Positions 40,167-50,487 are shown, counted from the whole stretch's first letter. The stretch is 63,712 nucleotides of DNA, filler included, from 7 parts of 7 records of this genome joined end to end with filler, not necessarily neighbours in it; one strand, 5' to 3'. Notes: generated by a model not told the origin, from the letters alone. A program made the numbers and translations.

Positions 40167-40704
40167 ATCGTTGGTAAATCCAGAAGAAAAGTAATCCGGA
40201 CAAAATCCCAACTATCATTCCAACGATAATATCAATGGGGAAATGCACGCCTACGTAAATACGGCTCATGGCAAACAATAGAGGCCAGATAAAAAAGAGG
40301 GTCGCCCATTTTACCTTATGTCTTAAAAAGAGAAATACCAATGTGGTTATAGAAAATGAACTGGAGGCATGGCCAGAGAAAAAGCTATAATCCGTTGGAC
40401 TTTTCAAAATACGGATCAGGGTGTTGATCTCTTCCGTATTATTGGGCCTTAGCCTAGCCACCGACACCTTGGTGATATGGGTAATGGCCGTGATAAAGAC
40501 CACCAAGCCCAGCACGGTGAGAAACTTGTACAAAGCTTCGGTTTTGGAAAACTTCAGGTAAAAAAGAAGGAGAAAAAGGATAAATAATGGTATCCAAGTG
40601 GAAATATTGGTAACGGTAGACCAGAAAACGTCGTAATCCTCTATGCCCAGTGCGTTGAGATAAACAAAAGTGTCCCTATCCCATTTGAGCAATTTTTCCA
40701 ACAT
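40132..40704 (-). CDS. PAP2-family phosphatase
   Basis: K...ARLRP, SF.SGHA and SRIYVGVHFP.D motifs. Confidence 0.9.
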   Translation of the reverse strand: MLEKLLKWDRDTFVYLNALGIEDYDVFWSTVTNISTWIPLFILFLLLFYLKFSKTEALYKFLTVLGLVVFITAITHITKVSVARLRPNNTEEINTLIRILKSPTDYSFFSGHASSSFSITTLVFLFLRHKVKWATLFFIWPLLFAMSRIYVGVHFPIDIIVGMIVGILSGLLFFWIYQRFIAPYSTSVRP

Positions 40705-40710
40705 AGAATT

Positions 40711-40986
40711 CTACTTGTTCAGATCTCTTTTGATGGAACCGGAAACTTCGTTCACATTCTTCTTTACATCGTCGATTTCCTTACGGATGTTCTTTGTGAA
40801 ATCGGTATCCACATCATCCGCACTTTTCTGTATTTCCCGTTTAATATCGTCCGTTGCGTCCTTAAGTTGACGCATTCCTTTCCCGAGGCCCTTGGCGATA
40901 CCGGGAATCTTGTCCGCACCAAACACCATCACCACTATAAATAGGATGAAAAAAATCTCGGCTCCACTAATAAATAGAAATTGCAT
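40711..40986 (-). CDS. tatA: TatA/TatB-family translocase subunit
   Basis: E......VMVFGADKIP.IAKGLGKGMRQLKDA. Confidence 0.85.
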   Translation of the reverse strand: MQFLFISGAEIFFILFIVVMVFGADKIPGIAKGLGKGMRQLKDATDDIKREIQKSADDVDTDFTKNIRKEIDDVKKNVNEVSGSIKRDLNK

Positions 40987-41019
40987 GGCACAAATATAAT
41001 CAGAACTTCATTCCAAAAT

Positions 41020-41047
41020 AAAAAAAGCCCCGTGAAATCACGGGGCT
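41020..41047 (-). terminator. intrinsic terminator
   Basis: AGCCCCGTGA / TCACGGGGCT with a T-tract on the minus strand. Confidence 0.8.
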
Positions 41048-41066
41048 CTTAACATAGTTTTTTATG

Positions 41067-43385
41067 TTACCTGTCTCCTTTGATATTTTCCTTGAATTTA
41101 TCAAAGTCGGACTTCTCGTCTTTCTTGGGCCAAGCGTTGTTGGTAGTGTCGATATCCGCAGTTTCCAATTTTGGATCTACTACAATCCCCACCAATTCTT
41201 TTTGGGTGGCCATTACCCGTTTTACCTCAGCATCGTTCTTTCTCCAGATTTCTGGTGGATACGTGATGTTCTCGGTAGTTCCATCCGCGTAGGTATACTC
41301 TACGATCAATGGCATTGGTATTCCTCCTGGCTTATCAAAAGTGATCTCGTAAAAATACTTTGGCTCCTTGACCTGGGCTCTTTCGGCTTCGGTCATGTTA
41401 TCCATCATAAATTCCTTAAGGTTTTTGGAAGTCTCGGTCGGGGATTTTCCTTTTAGCTCCGGAGCAAAGTCCTCACTATCTTCCTCGGCCAAATATACCA
41501 ATGGTGGTAGGTCGGCTTCGGTAAGGTTTCTATCGGCCATATATTTTTCCATTTCCTTGGTAGGCTTGTTGGACACATAGTATTTTTTAACACCGGATAC
41601 ACCGATATCTACATAATCGGTAGTGTAGAACCAGCTTCTCCAGAACCAATCCAAATCCACTGCGGAAGCATCTTCCATGGTGCGGAAGAAATCCTCTGGG
41701 GTCGGATGCTTGAACATCCAACGTTGGGCGTAGGTTTGGAAAGCATGATCGAACAATTCTTCTCCCATTACGGTTTCCCTTAAGATATTAAGTGCCGTTG
41801 CCGGTTTACCGTAGGCGTTTGGACCCAATTGATACACATTTTCCGGGTTGGACATGATAGGGGAAATGTAACTTTGGTCTCCTGCCATATAAAGCACAAT
41901 ATCCGCTGCTTTTCCTCTTCTTGATGGATATTCGCTGTTGGGGGCTATCACTTCAGGATAGTTTTTACCGAATTCCTGTTCTGCCAAATATTGGGCAAAG
42001 GTGTTGATTCCTTCATCCATCCATCCCCATTGACGCTCATCGGAATTAACGATCATAGGAAAGTAATTATGGCCGACCTCGTGGATGATCACACTGATCA
42101 TTCCATATTTTACCCTGTCGGAATACGTACCATCCTCATTCGGACGTCCGTAGTTCCAGCAAATCATCGGATATTCCATTCCCTGGTTCTTTGCGTGAAC
42201 GGAAATGGCTTTGTGGTAAGGGTAATCAAAAGTATGCTTTGAATAGGTCTGCAAGGTCTGCACCACGGCTTTGGTGGACAGTTCCTCCCAAAGTGGGTTT
42301 CCTTCTTTTGGATAAAGGGAAACTGCCATTACATCTTTGTTGCCTATTTTAACGGCCTGCATGTCCCAAACAAATTTTCTGGACGAGGCAAATGCGTAAT
42401 CCCTCACATTGGCTGCTTTGAACTTCCATGTCTTGGTGTCGGTAGAAAACCCTTTTTCCGCTGCTTCTGCCTCTTCTTGGGTTACAATGATCACGGGCTT
42501 ATCGTATGATTTTTTGGCCTGCTTGTAACGCTTCATCATTTCTTTGGAGAACACTTCATCTCTGTTTTGAAGTTCTCCTGTTGCATCCAATACGTGGTCT
42601 GCAGGTACAGTGATGCTTACTTCGTAGTTACCAAATGGCAACGCGAACTCTCCGCTTCCCCAGAACTGGTGGTTCTGCCATCCCTCTACATCGCTGTAAA
42701 CGGCCATTCTTGGGAAAAACTGTGCGATGACATAAGCACGGTTCCCGTCTTTTGGAAAATACTCGTAACCGGAACGTGCCCTATCCACAGTATGGTCTGG
42801 AATATTGTACCACCATTTGATGGAGAATGAAACTTTCTCCCCGCTTTTTAACGGTTCGGGGATATTGATCCTCATCATGGTCTGGTTGATGGTGTAAGAC
42901 AATGGCTTTCCGCTGGCATCGGTAACCGATTGTATATTGAAACCACCATCGAACGGCTCACTTATATAGGTCTGGGCAAAGTTGTCCGCCGTATAGGCGA
43001 TATTTACACCATTGCCGTCCCGCAAAGGAGACTTAGAATCTTTGGCCCGCACGTTTTGATCTAATTGCACCCAAAGAAACTCCAAATCGTCCGGCGAATT
43101 ATTCTGGTACGTAATCGTTTCTTCCCCACTGATCTTCGCGTTCTTGTCATCCAACTGGATGTCCATTACGTAGTCCGCCTGCTGTTGATAATAATCAGGG
43201 CCTGGGGCACCTGAGGCGGAACGGTACGTGTTGGGAGTGGAAAACTCCTCATACAATTGTTTGAATCTACTTTGGTTGTAATGACCGGGCTCCCGCTTTT
43301 CTTTCACGTCCCCTTCTTCTTGAGCCATAACGACGGCTCCAACAAGGAACAAGACAGAAGCTAAGCAATACTTGAATCTGTTCAT
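41067..43385 (-). CDS. M1-family metallopeptidase
   Basis: Signal peptide from ATG 43385; GMEYP and HEVGH...WMDEG motifs. Confidence 0.92.
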   Translation of the reverse strand: MNRFKYCLASVLFLVGAVVMAQEEGDVKEKREPGHYNQSRFKQLYEEFSTPNTYRSASGAPGPDYYQQQADYVMDIQLDDKNAKISGEETITYQNNSPDDLEFLWVQLDQNVRAKDSKSPLRDGNGVNIAYTADNFAQTYISEPFDGGFNIQSVTDASGKPLSYTINQTMMRINIPEPLKSGEKVSFSIKWWYNIPDHTVDRARSGYEYFPKDGNRAYVIAQFFPRMAVYSDVEGWQNHQFWGSGEFALPFGNYEVSITVPADHVLDATGELQNRDEVFSKEMMKRYKQAKKSYDKPVIIVTQEEAEAAEKGFSTDTKTWKFKAANVRDYAFASSRKFVWDMQAVKIGNKDVMAVSLYPKEGNPLWEELSTKAVVQTLQTYSKHTFDYPYHKAISVHAKNQGMEYPMICWNYGRPNEDGTYSDRVKYGMISVIIHEVGHNYFPMIVNSDERQWGWMDEGINTFAQYLAEQEFGKNYPEVIAPNSEYPSRRGKAADIVLYMAGDQSYISPIMSNPENVYQLGPNAYGKPATALNILRETVMGEELFDHAFQTYAQRWMFKHPTPEDFFRTMEDASAVDLDWFWRSWFYTTDYVDIGVSGVKKYYVSNKPTKEMEKYMADRNLTEADLPPLVYLAEEDSEDFAPELKGKSPTETSKNLKEFMMDNMTEAERAQVKEPKYFYEITFDKPGGIPMPLIVEYTYADGTTENITYPPEIWRKNDAEVKRVMATQKELVGIVVDPKLETADIDTTNNAWPKKDEKSDFDKFKENIKGDR

Positions 43386-43446
43386 TTTTTTATCTGATTT
43401 AATAGCGGTGAAAAATAACATATTTTAACCAATTGTTAAGAATACA

Positions 43447-43965
43447 TCATAAGTTTAACATTCCTTTGTTGTTCTGACGGATCAGCATAAAACTTTTTTT
43501 GTTTCCGTTCCATTTGACATGTACTATATTCTGCTGATCATCAAAGAGATCCATAAGCACTTCGTTCTGTATGGTCATGCTTTTTGTTTCCGATAACTTT
43601 ACATTGGGAATTTCCAGATAACAGATCACCATATCGTTATCGTAGCGTTTTCCCAAAAAATTATATTGAACAGGCTCACCATCCAGTTCTATCGCAAACT
43701 TTGTCCTAAAATATTTTTCGATGTACTCGTCCGCCAACTTGGATTCCTTTGGCGTGGCCAATTTCGCCTCAATGTCATACCGTTCTTTCAGCAATTTATC
43801 GAGGTCGTCTATAAAGACCCTACTGGTAACCTGGAACGCGCTATCATCTTTGGAATAGGCGATATTGGTAACACTTACATAATATTTATGGGCGGATGAA
43901 AAGGATAGCAACAACAACATTACCAAAGGTAAAAATGCCATCCTTCCTTTTTTTAGTGTCATCAT
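43447..43965 (-). CDS. DUF6702-like exported protein
   Basis: Signal peptide, then HKYYVSVT...R.FIDD...QQNIVH. Confidence 0.75.
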   Translation of the reverse strand: MMTLKKGRMAFLPLVMLLLLSFSSAHKYYVSVTNIAYSKDDSAFQVTSRVFIDDLDKLLKERYDIEAKLATPKESKLADEYIEKYFRTKFAIELDGEPVQYNFLGKRYDNDMVICYLEIPNVKLSETKSMTIQNEVLMDLFDDQQNIVHVKWNGNKKSFMLIRQNNKGMLNL

Positions 43966-44040
43966 GTGGTATTGGGCTTTAATTGCACAGCAATGTTACA
44001 GTTTTAGAAATCTTTCTGCAATTTACCTGCCAAACTTTTA

Positions 44041-44087
44041 TCGGACATCGGACATCGGACATCAGACATCAGACATCAGACATCAGA
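44041..44087 (+). repeat. heptamer tandem repeat (TCGGACA)3(TCAGACA)3+
   Basis: Read directly; runs into the contig end. Confidence 0.9.
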
Positions 44088-44187
44088 NNNNNNNNNNNNN
44101 NNNNNNNNNNNNNNNNNNNNNNNNNNNNNNNTTAATTAATTAANNNNNNNNNNNNNNNNNNNNNNNNNNNNNNNNNNNNNNNNNNNN
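44088..44187. other. artificial contig spacer
   Basis: N-run + TTAATTAATTAA + N-run. Confidence 0.98.
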
Positions 44188-44188
44188 C

Positions 44189-44284
44189 ACCCGCAAGAAG
44201 GCCGCCAAGAAGGCCACTCGCAAAAAGGCCACCCGCAAGAAGTCCACTCGCCGGAAGGCCGCCAAGAAGGGCGCCACCGGCTGA
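44189..44284 (+). CDS. Lys/Arg/Ala-rich (histone H1-like) C-terminal tail of a truncated gene
   Basis: TRKKAAKKATRKKATRKKSTRRKAAKKGATG*. Confidence 0.7.
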   Translation, partial: TRKKAAKKATRKKATRKKSTRRKAAKKGATG

Positions 44285-44389
44285 GCGACAGCTTGCCCAG
44301 TCACTCTCGCGGGGTCGGCGTATGCCGGCCCCGCGTCACGTTTTGGGCCCCGGCGTTGCACGCATGGCCGATCCACGCAACACTCTGGC

Positions 44390-45004
44390 ATGAGCTCCAC
44401 ACCAGCCGAGGCCGTTCGCTCGCTCCGGGCCGCTGCGCAAGGACACCTGCTCGCAGACGCCAGCACCGTGCGGCCCGTCCTCTGGGTTCTTGACCGGCGA
44501 CGCGGCCAGCTCGTCTTCCCCATGCCGCGCGAGCTCGAGGACGTCACCGAGGCGCAGCTCATGATCCCCGAAGAGCACGACCCCAGGCTCGCCGCGCTGC
44601 TGTCGATCGAGGTCACCGACGCGCCGCCCGCCGCGGCCGAGATCCGGCACGAGGTCTACCACGGCGCCGCACGCGAAGCCCGATGGGCCGTCGCCACCAT
44701 CGAAGCGCTCCGCTACCACGGCGAGGCGTTCGACAGCGAAGCCCTCGAGCTCATCGACCCGCTCGCCGAGCACGAGCCGGCGCTCTGCCGCGGGCTCAAC
44801 GCCGACTCCCATCGCCTCGCCGAGATCTGCCGACACCACGCCGGCACCCGTGTGCCCAGGCCGGTCGCGGTCGGTGTGGACCCGGACGGCATCGATGTGC
44901 GCGCGCGCTTCGGCATCGTGCGTGTGGAGTTCGACGAGCACGCCACGACCCTCGACGAAGCGAACCAGGCCATCGCCAGGCTGGCCGCCGGGGCGGAGGC
45001 ATGA
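44390..45004 (+). CDS. split-barrel/DUF2470-like protein
   Basis: DPLAEHE..LC..LN...VGVDPDGIDVR....VRVEF pattern. Confidence 0.65.
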   Translation: MSSTPAEAVRSLRAAAQGHLLADASTVRPVLWVLDRRRGQLVFPMPRELEDVTEAQLMIPEEHDPRLAALLSIEVTDAPPAAAEIRHEVYHGAAREARWAVATIEALRYHGEAFDSEALELIDPLAEHEPALCRGLNADSHRLAEICRHHAGTRVPRPVAVGVDPDGIDVRARFGIVRVEFDEHATTLDEANQAIARLAAGAEA

Positions 45005-46281
45005 ACCCGGCCGCGGCAGCCCCCTCCCGCACCGAGGCCCCAGCGTTGCGCGAGGCGCACGCCCACCTCTACCAACTGGGACGCTCGCAGCAGATGCTCG
45101 AGCTCTCCGGGTGCGGCTCGGCCGACGAGCTGCTCGCGGCGTTCGCCGAGCGCTCCGGACAATCCACCGACGCCACCTGCCTGCTCGGGCAGGGCGCCCG
45201 GCCGGAGAGTTGGCCGGACCCCGCCTGGCCCGACCTGCACGCCTTCGACCGGGCAACGGGCAATATGCCGGCGCTGGCGTGGTGCTTCGACTACCACGCG
45301 CTGCTGGCCAACTCCGCCATGCTCGCCCACGCCGGGATCGACCGCCACACGCCTGACCCGCCCGGCGGGATCATCCAGCGGACGCCCGACGGGCAACCCA
45401 CCGGAGCGGTCTACGAGTCGGCCGCACTTCTGGTCTGGAACGCCGCGCCCGAGCCCGCCCCGGAGCACCGGCCGAGGATCCTCGCCGCCGCACTCGAAGC
45501 GCTCGGCCGCTTCGAGGAGATCCACGACCTCAAGGCCCAGCCTTGGCTCGGGCCGGTGCTCCGCACCGTGCTGCTGTCCTGCGCGCGCGCCACCAGCGTC
45601 GTGCTCTTCCCCCTCGTCGAAGACCTCGACGCGACACTCGCCACACGGGCCGAGTGGGAGTCAGCGCACCTCCGCCTCGGCGGGGCCAAGATCTTCGTGG
45701 ACGGCACGCTCAACTCACGAACCGCGTGGATGCTCCACCCCTACGCCGACGGCCGCCCCGACCACCCCCGCGGCACGCCGATGATGACGCCGCGGCAGAT
45801 CGAGGACGCCGTGCGCCAGTGCGACGCCGCCGGCCTGCCGCTGGCCGCCCACGCCATCGGCGACGGCGCAGTCCGGGCCGTGCTCGACGCGATCGAGACC
45901 GTCCGGCCCAAAGCACGCGGCTTCCGGATCGAGCACGCCGAGATCATCGACGAGGCCGACGTGCCCCGGTTCGCCGAGCTCGGCGTGATCGCCAGCGTCC
46001 AGCCGTGCCACCTCCTCTACGACATCGAGGCCCTCCGCAAAGCCATGCCCGACCGGCTCGACCGGGTGCTCCCCCTCCGCGAGCTGATCGACGCCGGGTG
46101 TACGCCCGGCAGCTCGCTGCTCTTCGGCTCGGATGTCCCGATCGTGAGGTCCGACCCGGAGGACTCGATCCTCGCCGCGACCGCCAGGCGGCGGGCCGAC
46201 ATGCGCGCGCAGGACGCCATCTCGCCGGAACAGGCGATCACCGAAGATGAGGCGTGGCGCTGCTTCCGCGCCGATGCCTGA
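45001..46281 (+). CDS. amidohydrolase (Amidohydro_3/YtcJ-like)
   Basis: EAHAH, KIFVDGTLNSRTA, HAIGD, RIEHA and FGSD motifs; ATG 45001 overlaps the upstream stop. Confidence 0.88.
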   Translation: MNPAAAAPSRTEAPALREAHAHLYQLGRSQQMLELSGCGSADELLAAFAERSGQSTDATCLLGQGARPESWPDPAWPDLHAFDRATGNMPALAWCFDYHALLANSAMLAHAGIDRHTPDPPGGIIQRTPDGQPTGAVYESAALLVWNAAPEPAPEHRPRILAAALEALGRFEEIHDLKAQPWLGPVLRTVLLSCARATSVVLFPLVEDLDATLATRAEWESAHLRLGGAKIFVDGTLNSRTAWMLHPYADGRPDHPRGTPMMTPRQIEDAVRQCDAAGLPLAAHAIGDGAVRAVLDAIETVRPKARGFRIEHAEIIDEADVPRFAELGVIASVQPCHLLYDIEALRKAMPDRLDRVLPLRELIDAGCTPGSSLLFGSDVPIVRSDPEDSILAATARRRADMRAQDAISPEQAITEDEAWRCFRADA

Positions 46282-46306
46282 AACCATCGCCGAGAGCGGC
46301 GAACGC

Positions 46307-46525
46307 CTATCTGGGCTTGTGCCGACTCAGCAGCCGGCTGATCAGCCAGAACTGGGCGAACACGCCGGGGATCCGCATCACGCGGAAGCCCCCGCGCACG
46401 CCCTTGGGCAGCTCGTCGCGCTCGCTCTGGGCACGGGCGCTGTTGGCGAGCGCCTCGCCGAGCCGGCGTGACGGGTCGGCGGAGCGCCCGGAGACCTTCT
46501 CGTACAGCTTCGGATCGATGACCAT
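46307..46525 (-). CDS. small hypothetical protein (72 aa)
   Basis: MVIDPKLYEKVSGRSADP...; fills the intergenic gap; GGAGG upstream on the minus strand. Confidence 0.5.
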   Translation of the reverse strand: MVIDPKLYEKVSGRSADPSRRLGEALANSARAQSERDELPKGVRGGFRVMRIPGVFAQFWLISRLLSRHKPR

Positions 46526-46663
46526 GGGGTGTCCTCCCTGCCGCGGCGGTGTCCTGGCCCCGCAGCCTGTGACCAGCCTACCCGGGGTCATCCCGTGCCA
46601 CAAGAGCCCCGTACAATACAAACGGGTGCTCCAGCATTGTCGGAGCCACCCGGGAGGCTGACC

Positions 46664-47512
46664 ATGCGAGCGGACATCAGGTACACCGATGTGATCGACG
46701 GCGAAGAGTTCGCCCGGGCCCAGGCCGCGGCCGACCGCGCGGCCTTCCAGCACGCCAACGAGATCGACCCCGAGACCTTCTATTGCACCCAGCACTTCGA
46801 CCGCTACACCCAGGAGGACCACGACGTGTGGGCCACGCTGGTCGACCGCCGCATGGAGCTGCTCGAGGAGCAGGCCTCCGAAGTATTCCTCGACGGCGTC
46901 CGCCAGCTCGGACTCGACGAGGACCACGTGCCCAAGGTCGAATACGTCAACTCGCGTCTCGCCGCCCTCACGGGCTGGCAGAGCCGCCCGGTGCCCGGGT
47001 ACCTCCCCGCCAAGGCCTTCTTTGCCTGTCTTGCCAGGCGACAGTTCCCCACCACGATCGTGATCCGCCCGAAGGAGAAGCTGGAGTACCTGCCAGAGCC
47101 TGACATCTTTCATGACGTCTTCGGCCACGTGCCGCTGCACGCCGACCCGGTCTTCGCCGAGTTCCTCCAGACCTACGGCAAGGCCGCCCTGCTCTGCGAC
47201 GACCCCTACCACATCGAACGCCTCGGCCGCCTGTTCTGGTTCACCGTCGAGTTCGGGCTCATCCGCGAGCACGGCAAGGTGAAGCTGTACGGCTCGGGCC
47301 TGATCTCCAGCATCGGCGAGAGCCTGCACGCCCTCGAGAGCGACGATGTGGACCGCCGCCCCTTCGACATGGACCGCGTCTGCGACACCCCCTTCGAGAT
47401 CGACCACTACCAGCCGGTGCTCTACGTGCTGGAGAGCTTCGAGGAGCTGCGAGACTCGATGAACGACTACGCCGAGCAGGTGCTGGGCAAAGAAGCGCTC
47501 CAGACGGCCTGA
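46664..47512 (+). CDS. phhA: phenylalanine 4-monooxygenase
   Basis: YLPEPDIFHDVFGHVP, WFTVEFGL, YGSGLISSIGE and YQP motifs; GGAGG before ATG 46664. Confidence 0.9.
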   Translation: MRADIRYTDVIDGEEFARAQAAADRAAFQHANEIDPETFYCTQHFDRYTQEDHDVWATLVDRRMELLEEQASEVFLDGVRQLGLDEDHVPKVEYVNSRLAALTGWQSRPVPGYLPAKAFFACLARRQFPTTIVIRPKEKLEYLPEPDIFHDVFGHVPLHADPVFAEFLQTYGKAALLCDDPYHIERLGRLFWFTVEFGLIREHGKVKLYGSGLISSIGESLHALESDDVDRRPFDMDRVCDTPFEIDHYQPVLYVLESFEELRDSMNDYAEQVLGKEALQTA

Positions 47513-47731
47513 CAGCACCACCAACGCCGGAAATACCCGCCCCCGGGGCGAGCGCGAGGCTTGCCCTCCCCCTTCGCGCCCCGAATACTTCTCCGCGGCG
47601 ATTCCTCGGCATGGGTCGGCCGCGGGGGCTCGGGAGGCACCCGCGGACGAAGGGGCCGGGCGAGCAGACGTCAGCGATCGCACCCGCCCCGGGGCCACAC
47701 CCCGCGGGCCCCCACGACCGGACACCGACCC

Positions 47732-49729
47732 ATGACACGACTTGCACAACCCAACGCGGGTGAGGCTGTCACACCGGCCAACGCCGATTCCACCCCCGAC
47801 GGCTGGTCCGCGGCCGACGCGCTGCAGCTCTACGGCATCCCCTCGTGGGGCGGCGGCTATTTCGGGATCAACGAGCTCGGCCACCTGGTCGTCCAGCCCG
47901 AGCAGGACCCCGGCCGCCAGATCGACCTCCACGAGCTGATCGAAGGCCTCGCCGAGCGCGACATCGGCACGCCGGTCATGATCCGCTGCACCGACGTGCT
48001 GCGCCACAGGCTCCGCGAGATCCGCAAGGCCTTCAACAACGCCATCGCCGACCACAGCTACAAGGGCAACTACTCCTGCATCTACCCGATCAAGGTCAAC
48101 CAGCAGCGGCACCTGTGTGAGGACCTCCGCGACGCGGCGGCCGACCTCGGATTCGGGTTCGAGGCCGGCAGCAAGCCGGAGCTGCTCGCGGTCATGGCCC
48201 TGACCGAGGGCCTGCCCGAGATGCCCATCGTCTGCAACGGCTTCAAGGACTCGGAGTTCATCGAGACGGTGATCCTCGCCGGCAAGCTCGGCCGCCACGT
48301 CATCCCGGTCGTCGAGCGCTTCAGCGACCTCGAGCTGATCGTCAAGCACGCCGAGGCCTACGGCGTCCGCCCCCGCATCGGTGTCCGCACCAAGCCCAGC
48401 GCCAAGGGCGTCGGCCGCTGGGAGAGCTCCGCCGGGATGCGCTCCAAGTTCGGCCTCACCGCCACCGAGCTGCTCCGCGCGGTCGAGTTCCTCAAGAAGC
48501 ACGACATGGCCGACTGCCTGAACATGATCCACTTCCATATCGGGAGTCAGGTCGGCGACATCCGGCGGATCAAGGCGGCGGTCAACGAGCTGGCCCACAT
48601 CTACTGCGAACTGACCAAGCTCGGGGCCGGGCTCGACACCATCGACGTCGGCGGCGGCATGGGCATCGACTACGACGGCAGCCTCTCCAACAGCCCCTCC
48701 AGCGTCAACTACACCGTGGACGAGTACGCCGCGGACATCGTCTACCGCATCAAGAGCGCCTGCGAGGCCAACCACATCGAGCACCCCCGCATCTTCTCCG
48801 AGTCCGGCCGCGCGATGGTCAGCCACTGCTCGATGCTGGTCTTCGACGTGCTCGGCGCCAGCACCTTCCCCACCGACGCCGACGCCGCGTCGGTCAAGAA
48901 GCTGCTGGAGGCCGAGGGCGAACGCCCGCAGCCGGTCCTCGAACTCATCGACGCCTACGAGGCGATCGAGAAGCCCCGCGTCAACCTCGTCGAGATCTAC
49001 CACGACGCCGTGCAGGCGATCGATGAGGCCATGAACCTCTTCAACCTCGGCTACCTCAGCCTGCCTATCCGCTCGGCCTCGGAGAAACTCTTCTGGACGA
49101 TCGGCAAGCGGGTGCTCGACCTGGCCCGCGAGAAGGGCGAGCTGCCCGACGACCTTATCGACCTGCCCCGCCGCCTCAGCGACATCTACTACGCCAACCT
49201 CTCCATCTTCCAGACCCTGCCCGACCACTGGGCCATCGACCAGCTCTTCCCCATCTGCCCGATCCACAAGCTCGACGAGGAGCCCACCCGCCGCGGCATC
49301 CTCGCCGACATCACCTGCGACTCCGACGGCCAGATCGACAAGTTCATCGACCGACGCGAAAACTCCAAGCCCATCCTCGAGCTCCACAAGCTCGAGTCCG
49401 GCGAGACCTACTACATCGGCATCTTCCTGCTCGGTGCCTATCAGGAGGTGCTGGGCGACCTGCACAACCTCTACGGCGACACCCACGTCGTCCACGTCTC
49501 CTTCGACGAGTCCGAGGGTGCCGGCGACTGGAACATCGACGAGGTCATCGAGGGCGACACCGTCAAGGAGGTCCTCTCCTACGTCCAGTACGACCCCGAA
49601 TCGCTGGTCAAGGCCATGCGCCGCGAGGTCGAGCGGGCCGTCAAGAACCGCACACTGAGCGTCCGCGAGGCCAAGAACCTGCTCAAGTTCTACAGCGAGG
49701 GCATGGAGGGGTACACCTATCTTGAGTGA
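47732..49729 (+). CDS. speA: biosynthetic arginine decarboxylase
   Basis: YPIKVNQ, EAGSKPEL, HFHIGSQ, DITCDSDG and GAYQEVLGDLHNL motifs. Confidence 0.96.
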   Translation: MTRLAQPNAGEAVTPANADSTPDGWSAADALQLYGIPSWGGGYFGINELGHLVVQPEQDPGRQIDLHELIEGLAERDIGTPVMIRCTDVLRHRLREIRKAFNNAIADHSYKGNYSCIYPIKVNQQRHLCEDLRDAAADLGFGFEAGSKPELLAVMALTEGLPEMPIVCNGFKDSEFIETVILAGKLGRHVIPVVERFSDLELIVKHAEAYGVRPRIGVRTKPSAKGVGRWESSAGMRSKFGLTATELLRAVEFLKKHDMADCLNMIHFHIGSQVGDIRRIKAAVNELAHIYCELTKLGAGLDTIDVGGGMGIDYDGSLSNSPSSVNYTVDEYAADIVYRIKSACEANHIEHPRIFSESGRAMVSHCSMLVFDVLGASTFPTDADAASVKKLLEAEGERPQPVLELIDAYEAIEKPRVNLVEIYHDAVQAIDEAMNLFNLGYLSLPIRSASEKLFWTIGKRVLDLAREKGELPDDLIDLPRRLSDIYYANLSIFQTLPDHWAIDQLFPICPIHKLDEEPTRRGILADITCDSDGQIDKFIDRRENSKPILELHKLESGETYYIGIFLLGAYQEVLGDLHNLYGDTHVVHVSFDESEGAGDWNIDEVIEGDTVKEVLSYVQYDPESLVKAMRREVERAVKNRTLSVREAKNLLKFYSEGMEGYTYLE

Positions 49730-49738
49730 TCCGCTCAC

Positions 49739-50293
49739 TCATTCGGCACGAACATCGGCGAGCGAATCCTCAAGCCCCATTCGCGATGCCCAGTGATCCA
49801 GATAGACCTCGTCGATCACGTCACGCGAGACTGTATACACGTGTCTGGCATCTCCGAACTGGCGTTCGCTGCCCCCGGATTCTGCCGCCCAACGAAGCTT
49901 CATCAGGATGGTGTCTTCGGGTGTCGAGACCCACAGCGGCCCGTCCTCCATCAGCACTTCCATCCGACGCTCGAACCGCTCACGATCGAATGGATCATCG
50001 GTCAACAGCCAGAAGTCAATCTTGTCGCCTTCCTGAACATCGAGGACATTGAACATGGCGCGATCCTGCACCGCGAGTTCGATCGCGTCCTCGCTGAAGT
50101 AAAACCTGTCTTCGGGGAACGCGGCGAGCAGACGCGAGATCTGTCGTGCCTCGAGGTTTACGACAAAGTCGATATCGTGCGTCGCACGGGGCTGGCCCTG
50201 AAGACTCGACGCGTACGAGCCGGTCAGCATGTAGGGCACGCTCGCGGCGTCAAGCGCCTCTACCGCGTGGCGGAGCAGTGCTAGCTGGCCCAT
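49739..50293 (-). CDS. nucleotidyltransferase-superfamily protein
   Basis: TGSYAS..QG.PRATHDID and TPEDTILMKL motifs. Confidence 0.75.
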   Translation of the reverse strand: MGQLALLRHAVEALDAASVPYMLTGSYASSLQGQPRATHDIDFVVNLEARQISRLLAAFPEDRFYFSEDAIELAVQDRAMFNVLDVQEGDKIDFWLLTDDPFDRERFERRMEVLMEDGPLWVSTPEDTILMKLRWAAESGGSERQFGDARHVYTVSRDVIDEVYLDHWASRMGLEDSLADVRAE

Positions 50294-50487
50294 CGCGCCC
50301 TCATCGCCACGACCCGCCGACGCAACTCCCGCTCATCCAGCCCCGGATGCCGCGAGCGGAGACCGGCGAGAGCCAAGGCCTTGGTCATCTCCGACAACTC
50401 CGCGGCCTTCCGGAGCCGCTGCTCCGGCGTCATCGACCGCAGCACCTCGATATACCGGTTCTCGTTCGGACGGGGCTTGGTGTCCAT
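50281..50487 (-). CDS. small partner protein of the nucleotidyltransferase
   Basis: RSMTPEQRL...ELS......AGLRSRHP; overlaps the start of the downstream gene. Confidence 0.7.
   Translation of the reverse strand: MDTKPRPNENRYIEVLRSMTPEQRLRKAAELSEMTKALALAGLRSRHPGLDERELRRRVVAMRARWAS

Noticed and set aside
39525-40704. 35-nt convergent overlap of the O-methyltransferase and PAP2 genes
   Set aside because: Short 3' overlaps of convergent genes are common in compact genomes
44189-44284. 15-nt quasi-repeats encoding KKATR units
   Set aside because: Low-complexity basic protein tail; the parent gene is cut off and cannot be identified
46307-49738. 1143-aa minus-strand ORF
   Set aside because: Antisense shadow of phhA and speA in high-GC DNA; only its last 72 codons plausibly form a real gene
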